A DNA stretch of 64,000 nucleotides from Fonticula alba ATCC 38817 (taxonomy: Eukaryota > Protista > Nucleariida). Both the position numbers and the translations under genes were made by a program. Below the pieces are notes generated by a model. The model did not search any database. It saw only the letters and a list, made by a program, of their open reading frames with translations, and was not told the origin of the DNA. Below are positions 48,630 to 60,920 of this stretch, piece after piece (the stretch's first letter is position 1; each line of letters begins with the position of its first letter). Where the stretch lies: the NCBI GenBank assembly GCA_000388065.2, contig KB932203.1; one strand, given 5' to 3'.

Positions 48630-51416
48630 ATGTTGACGCCTAACTTGCAGACACCGCGCTCGGCTGGGGGGAAATTGGGTCCTGGGCCTCGGGTTCGGGC
48701 CCGGTGGACACCGCGCCAGGGCCGCCGCGGCCGGAGAATCACTCGACTGCTCATCTTTGCGGTCTTGCTGCCGACCCTCTTCTTCGGGGTGATTTTTGCC
48801 ATCGTGCTGGTGTTCGTGCCGCAACTTTGGTGGACAATTCCCCAGGCACTTCGCCAGCTGGCCGATGAACGGTGGCTCGGGCGGATTCTCACCACTGGCC
48901 GATGTCATTTGCTCACGGCCCCGGTGGTTCAACTGGGCCTGCCACAGCCGGAGCAGGACTCTGCCCTCCTTCGGCCACTGGGCGCGACACTGGGCATCTC
49001 ACCGGATGCTTGGGAAGCTGCCACGCATGACGGCATCCCCGGGTACAACTATCTCTGGGTCGATATGTACGAGAAGGGCGGCTGCCAGACGCACATACAC
49101 ACACGCACGCATGCACGCACCCCTTTTCGCCCATCAGGCCCCTCTCGGCCTCCGACTGCGCCCTGGCCACTGGTCACACTTCGACCATGGATCCCGCCAT
49201 TTGCATCGCTGACTCTCCCTCCCCCGGGCAAAAAAAAAAACAAAAAAAAACAAGACACTTCCTTGCCACATGCCCACATGACTACTGCTTGCAATTGTTC
49301 CACACACCCCCTCACGCCGGGTTTCAAGCCCGGCTTTTCTGGCACACACTCGGCGCAACGCCCGCCCTGCGTGAGGTTCAGCCGCTGGCGGGTGCCGAAT
49401 TCGCCACACATGCGGGGCATTGCACTGGCTGGGCCATGCGCACTGCCCTCCCGAGTGAGGCTCCCTTGGTCTATCGCGCACGCATCCTTGCCGTCTTGCC
49501 GAAGGGCTTGAGTTCGGTGAGAGGCTCCTTCGGCGTCGACATTTTCCGCTTGTCCGCCCCCGATGGCGTGAGCCGAGTGGCATCCGCCAGTGGAACGAGC
49601 CTCGGTGGCGGCGGCGGCAGCGGCGGCGGCAGCGGCGGCGGCGGCGGCGAGGGCAGCCGCTTCAGCCCCAGTGGGGATGCTGTGCCAGCTCGCGGTGCCG
49701 GCGCCGACATTGATGGTGGCGGGAATTTCGGGCCCGGCAGCGGTGGTGGGCCCATCGCCGGGAGTCTGTGCTGTGCGCGACGCGGGAAGGGTCTCGCCAG
49801 GCCCCCCTGTCCGAAGCTATTTCTCCCGTATGTTGCCGCTGCGCCAGGGCGACGGCGCCCTTGTTGGGACGTGCCAGCCGCTTGGCCGCCCGAGCGCTGG
49901 GCTCTGCCCGCTGGAGGCGTGACGCTGGTGGCCAGCACGGCGGTGTCACTCGGTGCGGCCGATCCCCGACGCCCACGGTTGGCCTTGGCCGCTGACAGCC
50001 AATACGGCTCGTTGGTGTTCCGCCAGCTGGTGGCCCAGCTGGCTGACCAGGCACCCGATGCCGTCATCCTGGCGGGCGATGTGGTGGAAAACTCCCGCTA
50101 CCTGGACAAATGGCTCCGACACTTCCACTGGCCACTTGGGAAGTTGTTTGTCCGGCGCGATGGGCACTCGGGCCCCGGCCCGCGGCTCCCCGGACTGCTT
50201 GTTTCCCCGGGAAATCATGATCTGGAAGGGCAGTATGAACACTTTCACGCGTTGCTCGGGCCGCCGGTTGGCAAACCGGCCAATCGGACGTGGGCTGGCA
50301 GCGATCCGAATGGCTCTTGGCCGGACCCCTTCAACTTGGGCTACCCCACCCCCGGGGGACTCTTCCAGTCCGGTGGCCTGCTGTCCCCATGGCTGAGTGT
50401 CAGCTCGCTCAACTCCTTCGATGGTTCCTTGCACCAGGAGCAGCTGCTGGTGCGTGCACTGCGCGCGCCAGCAGCCCGGCGGGCCGCCTGTCGCCTGGTA
50501 ATCATGCATACGCCACCTTGGGTGGAATTTTGGGAGCCAGTTGCTTGGCACCGCAAGAAGGAGGTACGTGCCTGGCCTGGCCTGGCCTGCCCTTCCCCTC
50601 GCATGCACCGCCCATTTTCTGTCCGCAAGCATGTGGCTCGCCTGGTGCGCCGTGGCATCTCCTCCGCCTGCTAACGTCGCATGCATGTGCGCACATCTGT
50701 ATGCATGTGTGTGTGTGTGTGTTTGTATGCTCCCAGTATGCCCCATCCGACCATGCGCGAAAACGATGGGTCGATCTATTCAACGTGCGATCACCACCCT
50801 TTATTTTGCCCCCCCCCCCCCCCCTGGCTCCCATCGAAGAGGCTTTCACTTGTTTGGCGAGGGGATGCGAAACAGAGAAGAACGCGCGGCGAACATGTGT
50901 GGAACTGCAATCGGGCCTTTTTTTTTCTCTCGCTCCTGTCGCTCACCCACTCATCTGCCTTTCGGTTCACTTGCCCGTCCATCCATCGAACAGTCCCTGG
51001 GGGTGGATCTCGTTGTGTCTGGACACTCTCACCTATACCAGCGCAGTCATATGGCTCCCTTTGTCGTGAAGAATGGCCCCGGTGACAGCCAGCTGGTTGC
51101 TTCGACCTACGTGACCATCGGCGGGGGTGGTGGACACTTGGACCTGGAGCCGCACACCCCGAGCCTGTCCAGTGACCGCACGGCCAAGGACCACTGGGCC
51201 CGCTCGGAATTCCACTTCTCCCAAGTTTTCGCGCGAACCATCCACAACCGCCACTTTTATGCGTTGGCCGAAGTGCGGCCGGAGCCGGTGCCCGGATCGG
51301 AAGGGCCCAAGCTTGGCGGAGACTGGTACATCCACTGGGAGGTTTTTTCCTTCGGGCAGGATCGAACTCTGGACCTGGCAAGTATCCCCTGTCGTGGCCC
51401 GCTGGACGGGCCATAG
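48630..51416 (+). CDS. Membrane-anchored calcineurin-like metallophosphoesterase (purple-acid-phosphatase-like fold), ~738 aa, 4 exons (48630-49066, 49255-50563, 50737-50784, 50994-51416)
   Basis: N-terminal TM LLIFAVLLPTLFFGVIFAIVLVFV. Metal motifs ADSQ, AGDVVE, SPGNHD, IMHTPPW and VDLVVSGHSHLYQR, plus YVTIGGGGG. Splice phases are consistent. A possible further upstream exon has an acceptor at 48408. Confidence 0.85.
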
Positions 51417-51705
51417 CATTGGCCCAAGGAGCGGGGCGGGGGTTTCACCGATGAGGCTGTCCGGGACATTGGAAGCAAAATGCAGAGACAGATGAAATAT
51501 GCGACTTTTCAGGCCAGCAAATGGGGTGATATTTGCCCCCTCTCGGCATATATGATACAAGGGGGGGGAGAGAGAGAGGAGAAAGGGGAGGGCGAGAAAA
51601 GGGGAAAAGAGGGGGCCAGGCAAACAGAGGAAACCCCCACCGACGGGGGATGCAGCCGCGTGGGGGGGGGGGGGGGGACAGGGAAAATTCGCCCCAAACA
51701 GGGCA

Positions 51706-52491
51706 TCAAATCCGGAAGAGAGCCAGCACTTGGTCCTCGGTCAGGCCCGCGGCGGTGATCTTCCCGGCAGCCAGCGGAGCCCAGAGCTCCGTCAGCAGGA
51801 CCATGACCGCGAAGCCGGCCACCTCGAAGCCGGCCTCCCGGGTGAGGGCCACCGCCGCGGCGGCCGTCCCGCCAGTGGCCAGCAGGTCGTCCAGGACAAC
51901 GGCACGTGGCTGGCGACCGGTCGCGATCGCGCCCGTGCAGGCGGCCGCAGCCCCGGCCGGGATGGCCAACACATCGGCACCGTACTCCTTGGTGGAACTG
52001 CGCTCGATGACGGTCCCGGGAAGCTTGCCGGCCTTGCGCACCGGGATGAAGGGGATGTCCAATTGCTGGCACACCAGCGGCCCGAAGAGGAACCCCCGCG
52101 CGTCCAGGGCAATCACCGCATCCACTTGCCCGAAGTGCTCGGAGATCTGCCGGACCAGCTCATTGACCACAATGCGTACCGCCGCCGGATGATGGAAAAT
52201 TGGGAAGATGTCCTGGAAGAGGACGCCCTTTGTTGAGTTCGTGTTCATGTGTGAGAGGGCGGGAGGGAGCCAGAGAGACCGACAAAAGGTGGCAACAAAG
52301 TATCAGACGCTGACCCGGGCGAATGGAGAGAGAGGGAGGGAGATACGGAGAGAGGGGGGGGGGAGGAGGGAGGGAGGGAGGGAGGGAGGGAGGGAGGGGA
52401 GAGGCCCACGCACAGGACAGGGGAAGTCGGGGTGCTCAGCCAGCAGGCCGCGCACATCCTCGAGGGTGTTGATCGGCTGGGGGGACGACAT
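51706..52491 (-). CDS. APRT: Adenine phosphoribosyltransferase, ~199 aa, 2 exons (52491-52414, 52227-51706)
   Basis: PDFPCP|GVLFQDI, LDARGFLFG, PVRKAGKLPG, EYG and the PRPP-binding motif VVLDDLLATGGT. Confidence 0.96.
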
Positions 52492-53045
52492 GGGTGGGTT
52501 TCTTGAGGAAGCTCGGCACTTGGAGTGGGGCGGGCAAAGGGGGGGGGGGGGATGAAACCGGCGGACCAACCGGCGCACCAGGTCCCGCTTAAAAAAAGCG
52601 CTCCACAGAGTGTGGAACACACTCAGGGTTCCGCCGCCCCCCCCCCACCACCCACCCTGGCCCCATCCTCCTGCCGGAGCCCAGTCACAGGCGAGGGGCC
52701 GATCGACACGTTGGCTCATCCAGCTCCCAACGGATGTGGGACCATGCTGTGTCGGCCGCCTGTTCCTCGCCTCATCAAGCCGGGACCAGCTCGGGAGCAC
52801 AAGGTTAGAGAGCCGGTCGGCACCCCCGCCCCGCCCCGCTCCGCCCCGCCCGCCCCATCCCCTTCCGAAGGACACCAGGCGAGGCGGCGAAAGACCAATG
52901 AGGCGCCCTGCAGCTGGGCCCATGGGCAGCCGGACCATGTAAGGCAACCCTCCTCACCCACCTTCCCCTCCTCCGCGCTTCTGTCTCCCCCCCCCNNNNN
53001 NNNNNCCCCCCCCCCCCCCCTGGCAGAGCCCCGCGTTCCGGCGAG

Positions 53046-56000
53046 ATGATGCTCGCCCGGGCGCTTCGACCATGGCGCCGTCTGGATAACCCGGCGGCTT
53101 CGATTTTTCTGCTTCGCCATGGCACCCGAGCAGCCTACTCCGCGGGCCCACAATCTTCCACCGCGGATGCTTCCTCCTCCCAGGTGAAGCCCGCTCCTGG
53201 GGCTCCTTCATTTGACACACAGAAGACCGGCGAGTGGCTCGACAAGTCAGCTCCGACGGCCAATGCGCCTCTCCCCCAAGCCGGCTCCCCAAAAGCCGGC
53301 TCCGACCCGCTCTCTGCCAAACCCCAGCCGAAGAGGCCTGACCACGCACCGTCAGGCAACAATGATGCCACTACTCCGGCAGCGGCTTTTGTCAGGACAC
53401 TCCCGGCATTGAATTATTTCGACTTGCGCGCGACATCCGTCCACAATCCGCCAGCCCGCCCGGCCAGGCCGGCCGACAGTGTGACCCTCTCCCGGACAAC
53501 CTATCGCCGGTGCCTGCTGTCCGGCGAGCTGCTTCGTGGTATCACCCTGTCCCCTGTCGGGCCTGCCGCCGGGGCTTCCTCCACGAAGGGCTCGGCCCCC
53601 GGCACAGGGCGCACTAATGCCACCGCTCGCCAGTGTGTCTGCAACAGTCGCCGATCGAGCGGGTATCTGCTGGACCAAACCACAACGCCAATCTGTCCCC
53701 AGTGTCAGTTTTATGGGTCCATTCGCAGCCTCTCGATCAATGGTACGAAGCCAGGGCCTGGGGGGGGGGGGGGGGGGGGGAACGCATCGGGGGAGTGGTG
53801 ATGTGTGTCAACCTTGCTAATGATGTCTGTGTCCTTCCCACTAGGTGCCCAAATCTCCCCCTCCTTCTTGGGCTTTCTTCTGCGCACTTTCTCCATGGTC
53901 GACCAGCTCCACCTTTTCTGTGCGTTGTGACATCGTCCCAGTCGCCCATGTCTGCCCCTTCTCCGCATTGCCCCTCCTCTCACACACACCACCACCACCA
54001 CCACCACCACCACCTCTCCGACTCCGGTCCCTGTCCACCAGCGGTTCCCTTTACTTTGGAGCACTTGAATGAGCTGCAGATGGCCTTGCAAGGTCGGCCG
54101 CGCCTGAACTCGCTCACCTTGCACAGTGCGCCCCCCCCCCCCCCCCACACACCAGCCCCCCCGCCCCTCCCGAACGCCTGCCCGCCCAATTGGCCCGACG
54201 AAGGCGGCCAGCCGCTGTGTACCCTTTTGATTGACTCCCTCTCATCGAAGACTGCTCGATTGGTGAGAATTTGGTCAGTGTTCTCCTCCGCTCCGACCTC
54301 CTCCGGCACACCTCCTATATCGATCTGTCTCGTGCGTTCACATGCCATGCCCCTCCGCCACCCCCCCCCCACACACACACACACCTCATTGCAACCACTG
54401 ACATACTGGGTCTGTCGCCAACTAGACAACAACTTTGGCATCGCCGGATCCATGAACCTCCTTGCCCGGCAGCTGGCCACGGGCCAGCTGCAAGCCCGGA
54501 TCCTTGACATTTCTGGTACGCTCCAGACGCGCGAACTCCGCTCGTGCCCTTTTCCAGCCCGCCCCTCAGCCGCAATTCCACTAGATCCCATGCAGGCAAC
54601 CTAACATCCTCGTATCTCTTGTGGCCGGGGAAAAAAACGAAAGGCAATCACCTGAACCATCGCGAAGCGGCAATTTTGTTTGGCGCCCTCCATGCCAACA
54701 CATCTTTGCTGGCTTTACGCATGCGAAGTATGTCGCTCCTTGCTTGGTGAGAATGCGCGTCCCTCAGTGTCTATTGCAACGTCTCTGACATTCCCTCTCC
54801 CGCCCCTAACCGATGGCCGTCGGTAGACATGAAGACACCCAATGTCGATGTGCGCGTGCCGCTGGCGGATTTGTTCATGAGCGCATCTCGCCTGGCGGAA
54901 TTGGATATGAAGGGTGCGACCCGCTTTGCCAGCGACTCTTCCCCTGGCCTCTCTTTGCTGGAGGCGACTCCTGTCCTTCTTTTTTTTTCCTGCCCCCCCT
55001 CGATCGATCGGCGCCTGTCTGGTAAGAGGGGGGAGAGGGGTCCTGCTGCTGCTGCTGCTGCTGCTACCAGCCCATCGGCAATCCACGAGATGGTGCCTGA
55101 CATTTTTTGAACACAGGAACGCCGCTCTTGAACGAGGACCGGCATGCACGCGTCGCCGGCTTCTGGGCCAAGGCCAAACAGGGACTGCCGAACTTCAGCC
55201 AGCTGCGGTTGGGGCACATCCCGACAAATCGGATCTTCGAGACAACCGGAGTATTTGTCCCGACCTCCTCGAAACCGATTCAGCCGAATCTGGAATCCAT
55301 TCGAAACCTCCGGCAGGCGGCCTGCGTGCCCTGTCACACGGTCGAACGGTCGCCCTTCCGCAACTTGCAAATGCAACTGTCTCCCTACATGCGGGAGCGC
55401 ATGGCCCTGCATCCGGACATCGATGCTCGATTCAATGTGACGGCTCTTCATACGCAATCCGGCCCATTGCCGGCTCGACTGGCTGGCGGCCGGATGTCCA
55501 CACTGCTTACCGCGGCCCAGCGATACTTCGGCCCTCATACGCATGCTGAATCATTCGCAGGTACATTGTTCATTGCTCCCTTCTCCGATTCCCTCTCTCC
55601 CCTCCTCCCCTCTTGGTCAAATTGTCCGGGTGACTGATCTCCTTTCCCTCTGTCACACACACACACACACACACACACGCTGCCCCCGGACTGACACATG
55701 CGCTCGTGCTAAGAAACTTCCACGTGCCGGTGGGAGCAAAACTTGAGGAACTTCGCCCAGCGCCGGCCCGAACTGACAGACCCTCGGCCAACGGCTCACC
55801 TGCCGACCCTCAAGCCACTGGCGGCCATGCTTCGTGCCGGTCGAGCATCCTCGGCTATCCCCAGGCAGCGAGAGCACCCGGACCTGCCACCTATTTTCAT
55901 GGAATCCTGCCCTGATGCTTCGCGCCCCCTGCTGGCAGCATTGCAGCTTCCGGCCTCCGCACTATCGCATATCCCCAATGCCCGGATCAGTAGCTGCCAC

Positions 56001-57551
56001 TTGGGCCGAGTGCTGGTGGGTCATGTGGTTGTGTCGTACATGTCAATCGCCGAGCTGGTGAGTCTGCCGCTGCAGGCGCTCTTCGCCCAGTGTATGGACA
56101 CGCTGGCGGCCTTGTCGCGACTGGAGACCCCGGTATCGGACCACATGATGGCCCTGGTTCGTGCATTTGACCCGACGGCCAGCCTGACCGCCCTGGAGCT
56201 GGATCCTACCATTCGGCTGGCCGTCTTTTCGGCGTGCTTCCGGTTGTTTGTTTCGCTGCCTGCCATCTGCCATGCGGAGGAGATCCTCTCGCTGGAGAGC
56301 ACCTCGGAGGGATTGGCCACGCTGGCTGCGTCGGTCAGCAGTCGGACCTATGGTTTGGCCCAGGCAGAAGAGAGGGCCTCTTCGACGGCTGGGCCATCGA
56401 CGACCGTGGCCCCCATCCCACGAAGGGCATTCGCCGAAATCCGCCGAGCGGCCCTGGCTAGAGCTCGTCTGCGGCGCCGGGATGAGGGGCCGCAGTGGAG
56501 TGTCAGCGCCATGCAGATGACCGACAATGGGTCCTGGTCCAGGCACCTGCGACAGCAATTGACCCAGGCCCGGACCACGGTCGAGCTACTGGGGCAGTAC
56601 ATAGGCCGGGACCCGGTCGAGGTGGCAGCCCTGGCGGCCCGCCAAACCGCGGCCTGGACCTCCCGCGAGGTGGCCGTATGGCTGGCGAAGCTACGGCCGA
56701 GCCGCCAGTCCTGGAGGCCTCACTCCTCGCAGGGGCTGATGCATCAGCTCCTCTGCCCGGCGCCCGAGTGGGCCGACCGCCCGCGAGGCTACCTGAATGC
56801 CGAGCCGATCATGGCCGATGCCCATCAGTGGGATTCGCCACTGGACGGCTTGGGCTTGATGGGCCTGGCTCGCCTGCTTGTGACCCCGGTCCGGAGCCGC
56901 GATCAGGCCGAGGATCATGGCCCGTCGACCGAGTTGGCGTATCCATGGACCCCGGAGGCCCAGGCCAGGAGCAATCTCACGGAACATCGGGAGCCCTGGC
57001 AGCAGCATGGCCGGTCGATGGCAATGGGCGTCATGTCGAGCGACCCGCGGCCGCCCTGCCTGACGGTGACCGATGAGCAGATCGACCAGCATATTCAGCA
57101 GCTGCTCAATACGCTGCCCGCCGAGCGGACCGTCCTGCGCCAGCATCTGGGGGACTTGCTCCAAGCCGCCACCCAAACCCAAGGAGCAGGGGCCTGGCTT
57201 CCTCTGCCGGAAAATGGGCTTGCTTGGTACATGAACATGCCGATCACCAAGGACATGAGTATGCAGGCCGCCACCGCGGGGCTGCTCGGTGGCCTGCGCG
57301 CTTCCGATGCGTCCGGTGCCTGGACGTCGGCCGAGGAGGATATGTCCGTAGGTGGTTGGGGCAGCGGCGCCGGCATGGAACCCTGGGTGTCCTCGCGCCA
57401 GCGCCTGGCCGGCGCCCCCTTTGCCTTCCACGAGTGGCGCCTCTCCACGCCGAAGGAGCAGGAAGACCCCGCCACGCGGCAGCCGCCACTGGCGACCCTC
57501 ACTCCGGCATCCTTCCCCACCTCGGGCCTCTTGCTGGAGGACCTGATGTAG
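53046..57551 (+). CDS. RNI-like leucine-rich-repeat protein of unknown function, ~1132 aa, 8 exons (53046-53742, 53845-53919, 54042-54125, 54426-54515, 54644-54727, 54827-54913, 55117-55560, 55714-57551)
   Basis: Spliced repeats LNSLTLHNNNFG, ARILDISGNHL, ALHANTSLLALRMRN and RLAELDMKG fit the 28-30-aa RNI/NLR LRR pattern. All seven introns are phase 1 with CTRAC branch sites, and the exon lengths sum to an intact frame. Confidence 0.75.
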
Positions 57552-59340
57552 GCTGGCACTCGGCTGGGGTCGAGTCGTCCCCACTTGTGAGGGATTGGTG
57601 TGTCCCTCCTCTGCGCCGCTCCTCTTCGACCCTCTTGGAGGAGTATATAGAGCCCTGTGTGCCGCTCCCTCCCGGGAGGCTGTCACCACCACCGCCGCTG
57701 CTGCTGCCGCCGCCGCCGCCGCCATCACTGCCACATCAAGCGTCTCCCTCAGGCCGGCCCTCGCGGGTCACATGGCGTTCACACCCAAACACACACGCAC
57801 ACACACACATTACACTGCCCCATGTGTCCCAACAAATAGATCCTGGGCCTGGACACTCTCTGGGAGGATGTACATATCCCCATGCAGGCACGCGGAAATG
57901 AAAAAAAAAAAGGGGAAAGGCACAAGTCCGAAGGGGGGGGGGGGCTGGTATCAGGGTTGAATTAATACTGGCAATGTCTCTTAACCCAGGTACACATAGG
58001 GCCTTGCCATTTCGGTTAGGGTGGACTAGTGGCAGCCGAGGGCATTGCACATCGGCACCAGGGGACTTTGCAGGATTGCTAGGCCGAGGTGCTCCCCCTA
58101 GGGGAGAGGCTGTGCACGAGTGCTCCATCGGCTGGGCTTCGGCTTTTCGGAAGGGGGCTGCTCGTGGGGTGCACGTGCCCCGGCCGGGCCACACAGCGCC
58201 GGCTTGCTGGTCGGAAACCGCCGCAGCAGGTGGCGCCCGTGCATGGGCGATCCCCAGGTCAACCCTACCCGCGGGGAGCGGCGACACAGACACACGGGGG
58301 CCGGCGCGGGGGCCCCCTGCGAGGCGCCACCTCCTTTCCCCCGGCCCAGCTTTTCGAGAAGGGTCGGAGCGGAATTGCGCAATCTGTCCCCCCACCCCCC
58401 CCCTCCCCGGCCGCCCAGCCGCCCGGCCGCCCGGCCGCCCAGCCGCCCGCCTGCCCTTCCAGACTTGGGTGTTGTGGGAACCGGCCCGCACAGGTCGAGT
58501 CCCCCCGGGCAGGAGCGACAGTCAAGAGGGCCGCCAGGGCAGAGAGGGGGCGAGGCAACACCCTGGGACTGGATCCCAAGAGGCATCCGCGTTCCACTCT
58601 GGGCGGGCTTTACATGGGTCTCCTTGGCAGGGAGAGGGCTCAACGAGAACGGGGCCAGATCGCGGACGACGAGTATGAGTGTTCGCGCGCGCCATGCACC
58701 TCCGATGATTGGAAAACAGCCGGGGGAAGGGGGGGGGGCATGACGCAATTTCAGCAACGACGCCGAGAGGGAGGGTGCCGCCCCGCCCGGCACAGCCTGA
58801 AGCGGCGACTCCACGGGGGGNNNNNNNNNNNNNNNNNNNNNNNNNNNNNNNNNNNNNNNNNNNNNNNNNNNNNNNNNNNNNNNNNNNNNNNNNNNNNNNN
58901 NNNNNNNNNNNNNNNNNNNNNNNNNNNNNNNNNNNNNNNNNNNNNNNNNNNNNNNNNNNNNNNNNGGGGGGGGGGGGGCGGAAGGCAGGCCCGATATGCG
59001 ATCCGCCCACTCCGTCCGCCGGGGCGGGCGCGGTGACCCTTCGCGGCTGGCGCAATAATAAAGGGGGAACACATCGGCCACGCACGGGGGGCAGGGGGGC
59101 GGCAGCGCGGGGCGAGGAGCCACAGCCGCCGAGAAGCCCATAGGTCGAGCGACGGAAATACTTTCGGAGAGTCTGGAAGGTCGAGCCGCCACCTTGACGG
59201 AGCGCCCGCAGGGTGGCGGGGGGGGGGCCTTATTAACAGGGTGGTATCGGGGCCCAGAGCCCCCAAAAGAGGGGCCTTTTTTAATCCCCACATATATCAC
59301 CTTCCCCGGTGTCCTCCGGCGTGCCTTCGGGGGGGGGGGG

Positions 59341-59422
59341 GGGGTCGGGGCGCGTGCGTTCGGGATCCGAACCCCGGGGTCGGGGCGCGTGCGTTCGGGA
59401 TCCGAACCCCGGGGTCGGGGCG
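59341..59422. repeat. Exact 35-bp tandem repeat GGGGTCGGGGCGCGTGCGTTCGGGATCCGAACCCC, 2.3 copies, with internal palindromes
   Basis: Units at 59341-59375 and 59376-59410, partial unit at 59411-59422. Confidence 0.92.
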
Positions 59423-60863
59423 TTTGTGGGAAATGCCCCCCGATCCAAAGGGGAAAGAGGCCCCTTTATTTCTCGCGAGCCCAGAGCAGCGGTTTTAGCG
59501 AGCACAGGTCACCCTCGTCCCGCCCCCCCCCCCCCGTGCCGCTTCGGAAGACAGCGAGGCCCAGCGGGGGGAGGGGTGACACCGAGGCCACCGGCTGCGG
59601 GAGCGAGGAGGGAAGATGTGTCGGCGTGTGCATGCGCGTGTGCGTGTGTCGCCTTGGGCCCCTTTTTCGTCCACTTCACTTTTCGAGGTGTTTTTTTTTG
59701 GCCGGCTGGCGTGCGTAGCTCCCGGCCCCTCTTTGGCTGCCCATGTCGGCGCGCGTGTTTGTCTCTTCGACGCCGCTCCTCAAGCCGGTTCTTCCCATGG
59801 CGCGTCTGTTCCGGGGTTGCCCGCCCGTCTTGGCCTCTCGTCCCGAGCCGCGCGACCCGCTCGGAGAGCGAGCCTGGCAAGCAGCCGAGGGGCGGGTGCT
59901 CATTCCTGGCCGCCGGCATTTTTCCCCCCGGCACGCAGGCCTGTTGGAAGCGCGCATGCTCGCGCATGCCCAATTACCGACCGCGCGCCGCGCTTGACGG
60001 CTTTCCGCACCTGCCCCGGGGTGCGATGGGGACAACACCCACAGAAGGGCGGGGCGGGCGGAGTCTCTCCTCACAAAGGCCCGGCCGCCGGGGACACATG
60101 AGAGCCGCCGGGCGTCAGCCCCGAGCACTGCTCCTCCCCCCACACCACGGGGGCGGGGGGGGCGGGGGGAGCACATACCCGGGGTCTTTGGCGGGACAGG
60201 CGTGGCAGCCGGCAAACAGGGTAAGTTGGACATCTTGCTCCCTTGTCTCTCCCCCCTCCCCCGGGGGGAGGGGGGGGGGGGAACGGCGGGGTACAGGGCG
60301 CCCGCCCCAGTTTCGCACTCCCACCCATCCATCCAGGCGCCCGAGCATCAGGGGGGGGGGGGTCTCCGGGGCGTCGGCCGTGCCAGCCGACAAGGAGAGA
60401 CCCAGGGTAGGAGGGGGATATTTAAGTGTTTATTGCGTGGGACTGATTCAACATCGTCGGTCCCCCTTTTTCAATCTTCTCACCATCGCCCACCGCGCGA
60501 AGCACCTGCTGCAAACACCAGCACGCCTCCCGCCGCCCGCCCCCCCCCTCTCTCTCTCCCCGTCGCCTCGTTGCGTCACCCTCTCACCCTCCCCCTGTGT
60601 GCTCTCCGGTCGACCGAAGGCACCAACCACCCAGCAGTAGCCCCGGCCTTCGCTCCCTGTCGTTGCCGCCTCTCCCTCTCTCCCTCTCTCCCTCTCTCTC
60701 TCTCTCTCCTCCCCCCCCGAGAGCGAGATATCATCTGCGTACGACATCGCCGCCCAATCCATTCTCCTCCGCTGCGCACATCCTCTCGCCTCCCCTCTTC
60801 CCCGCCCCTCCCCCTCCCCCTCCTTCAGCACGCTGCCCGGGCTTCTTCTCACTCTTCGCGCCC

Positions 60864-60920
60864 ATGCTCTCCTCTCTGGATACACGACGATTGCGATTGT
60901 GTCACAGCTGCGCGCTGTAG
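60864..60920 (+). promoter_or_regulatory. Candidate upstream ORF (MLSSLDTRRLRLCHSCAL-stop) in the bZIP leader
   Basis: It is the only ATG between a TATA-like GATATTTAAG (~60417) and 61305. Function is inferred only. Confidence 0.35.

Larger units (their letters stand above)
1675..58965. other. Ten assembly gaps: 1675-1914, 15895-15989, 19628-19877, 23148-23372, 25591-25601, 28238-28361, 31401-31444, 33719-33913, 52996-53005, 58821-58965
   Basis: N runs, mostly abutting poly-G/poly-C or (GA)n tracts. Confidence 0.98.

Noticed and set aside
54200-54260. Extra LRR-gene exon (…GQPLCTLLIDSLSSKTARL)
   Set aside because: Its phases do not fit the flanking exons, and directly joining 54125 to 54426 gives a clean LRR (LTLHNNNFG).
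59341-59422. Possible CRISPR-like array (35-bp palindromic repeat)
   Set aside because: The repeats are directly adjacent with no spacers, there are no cas genes, and the context is eukaryotic.
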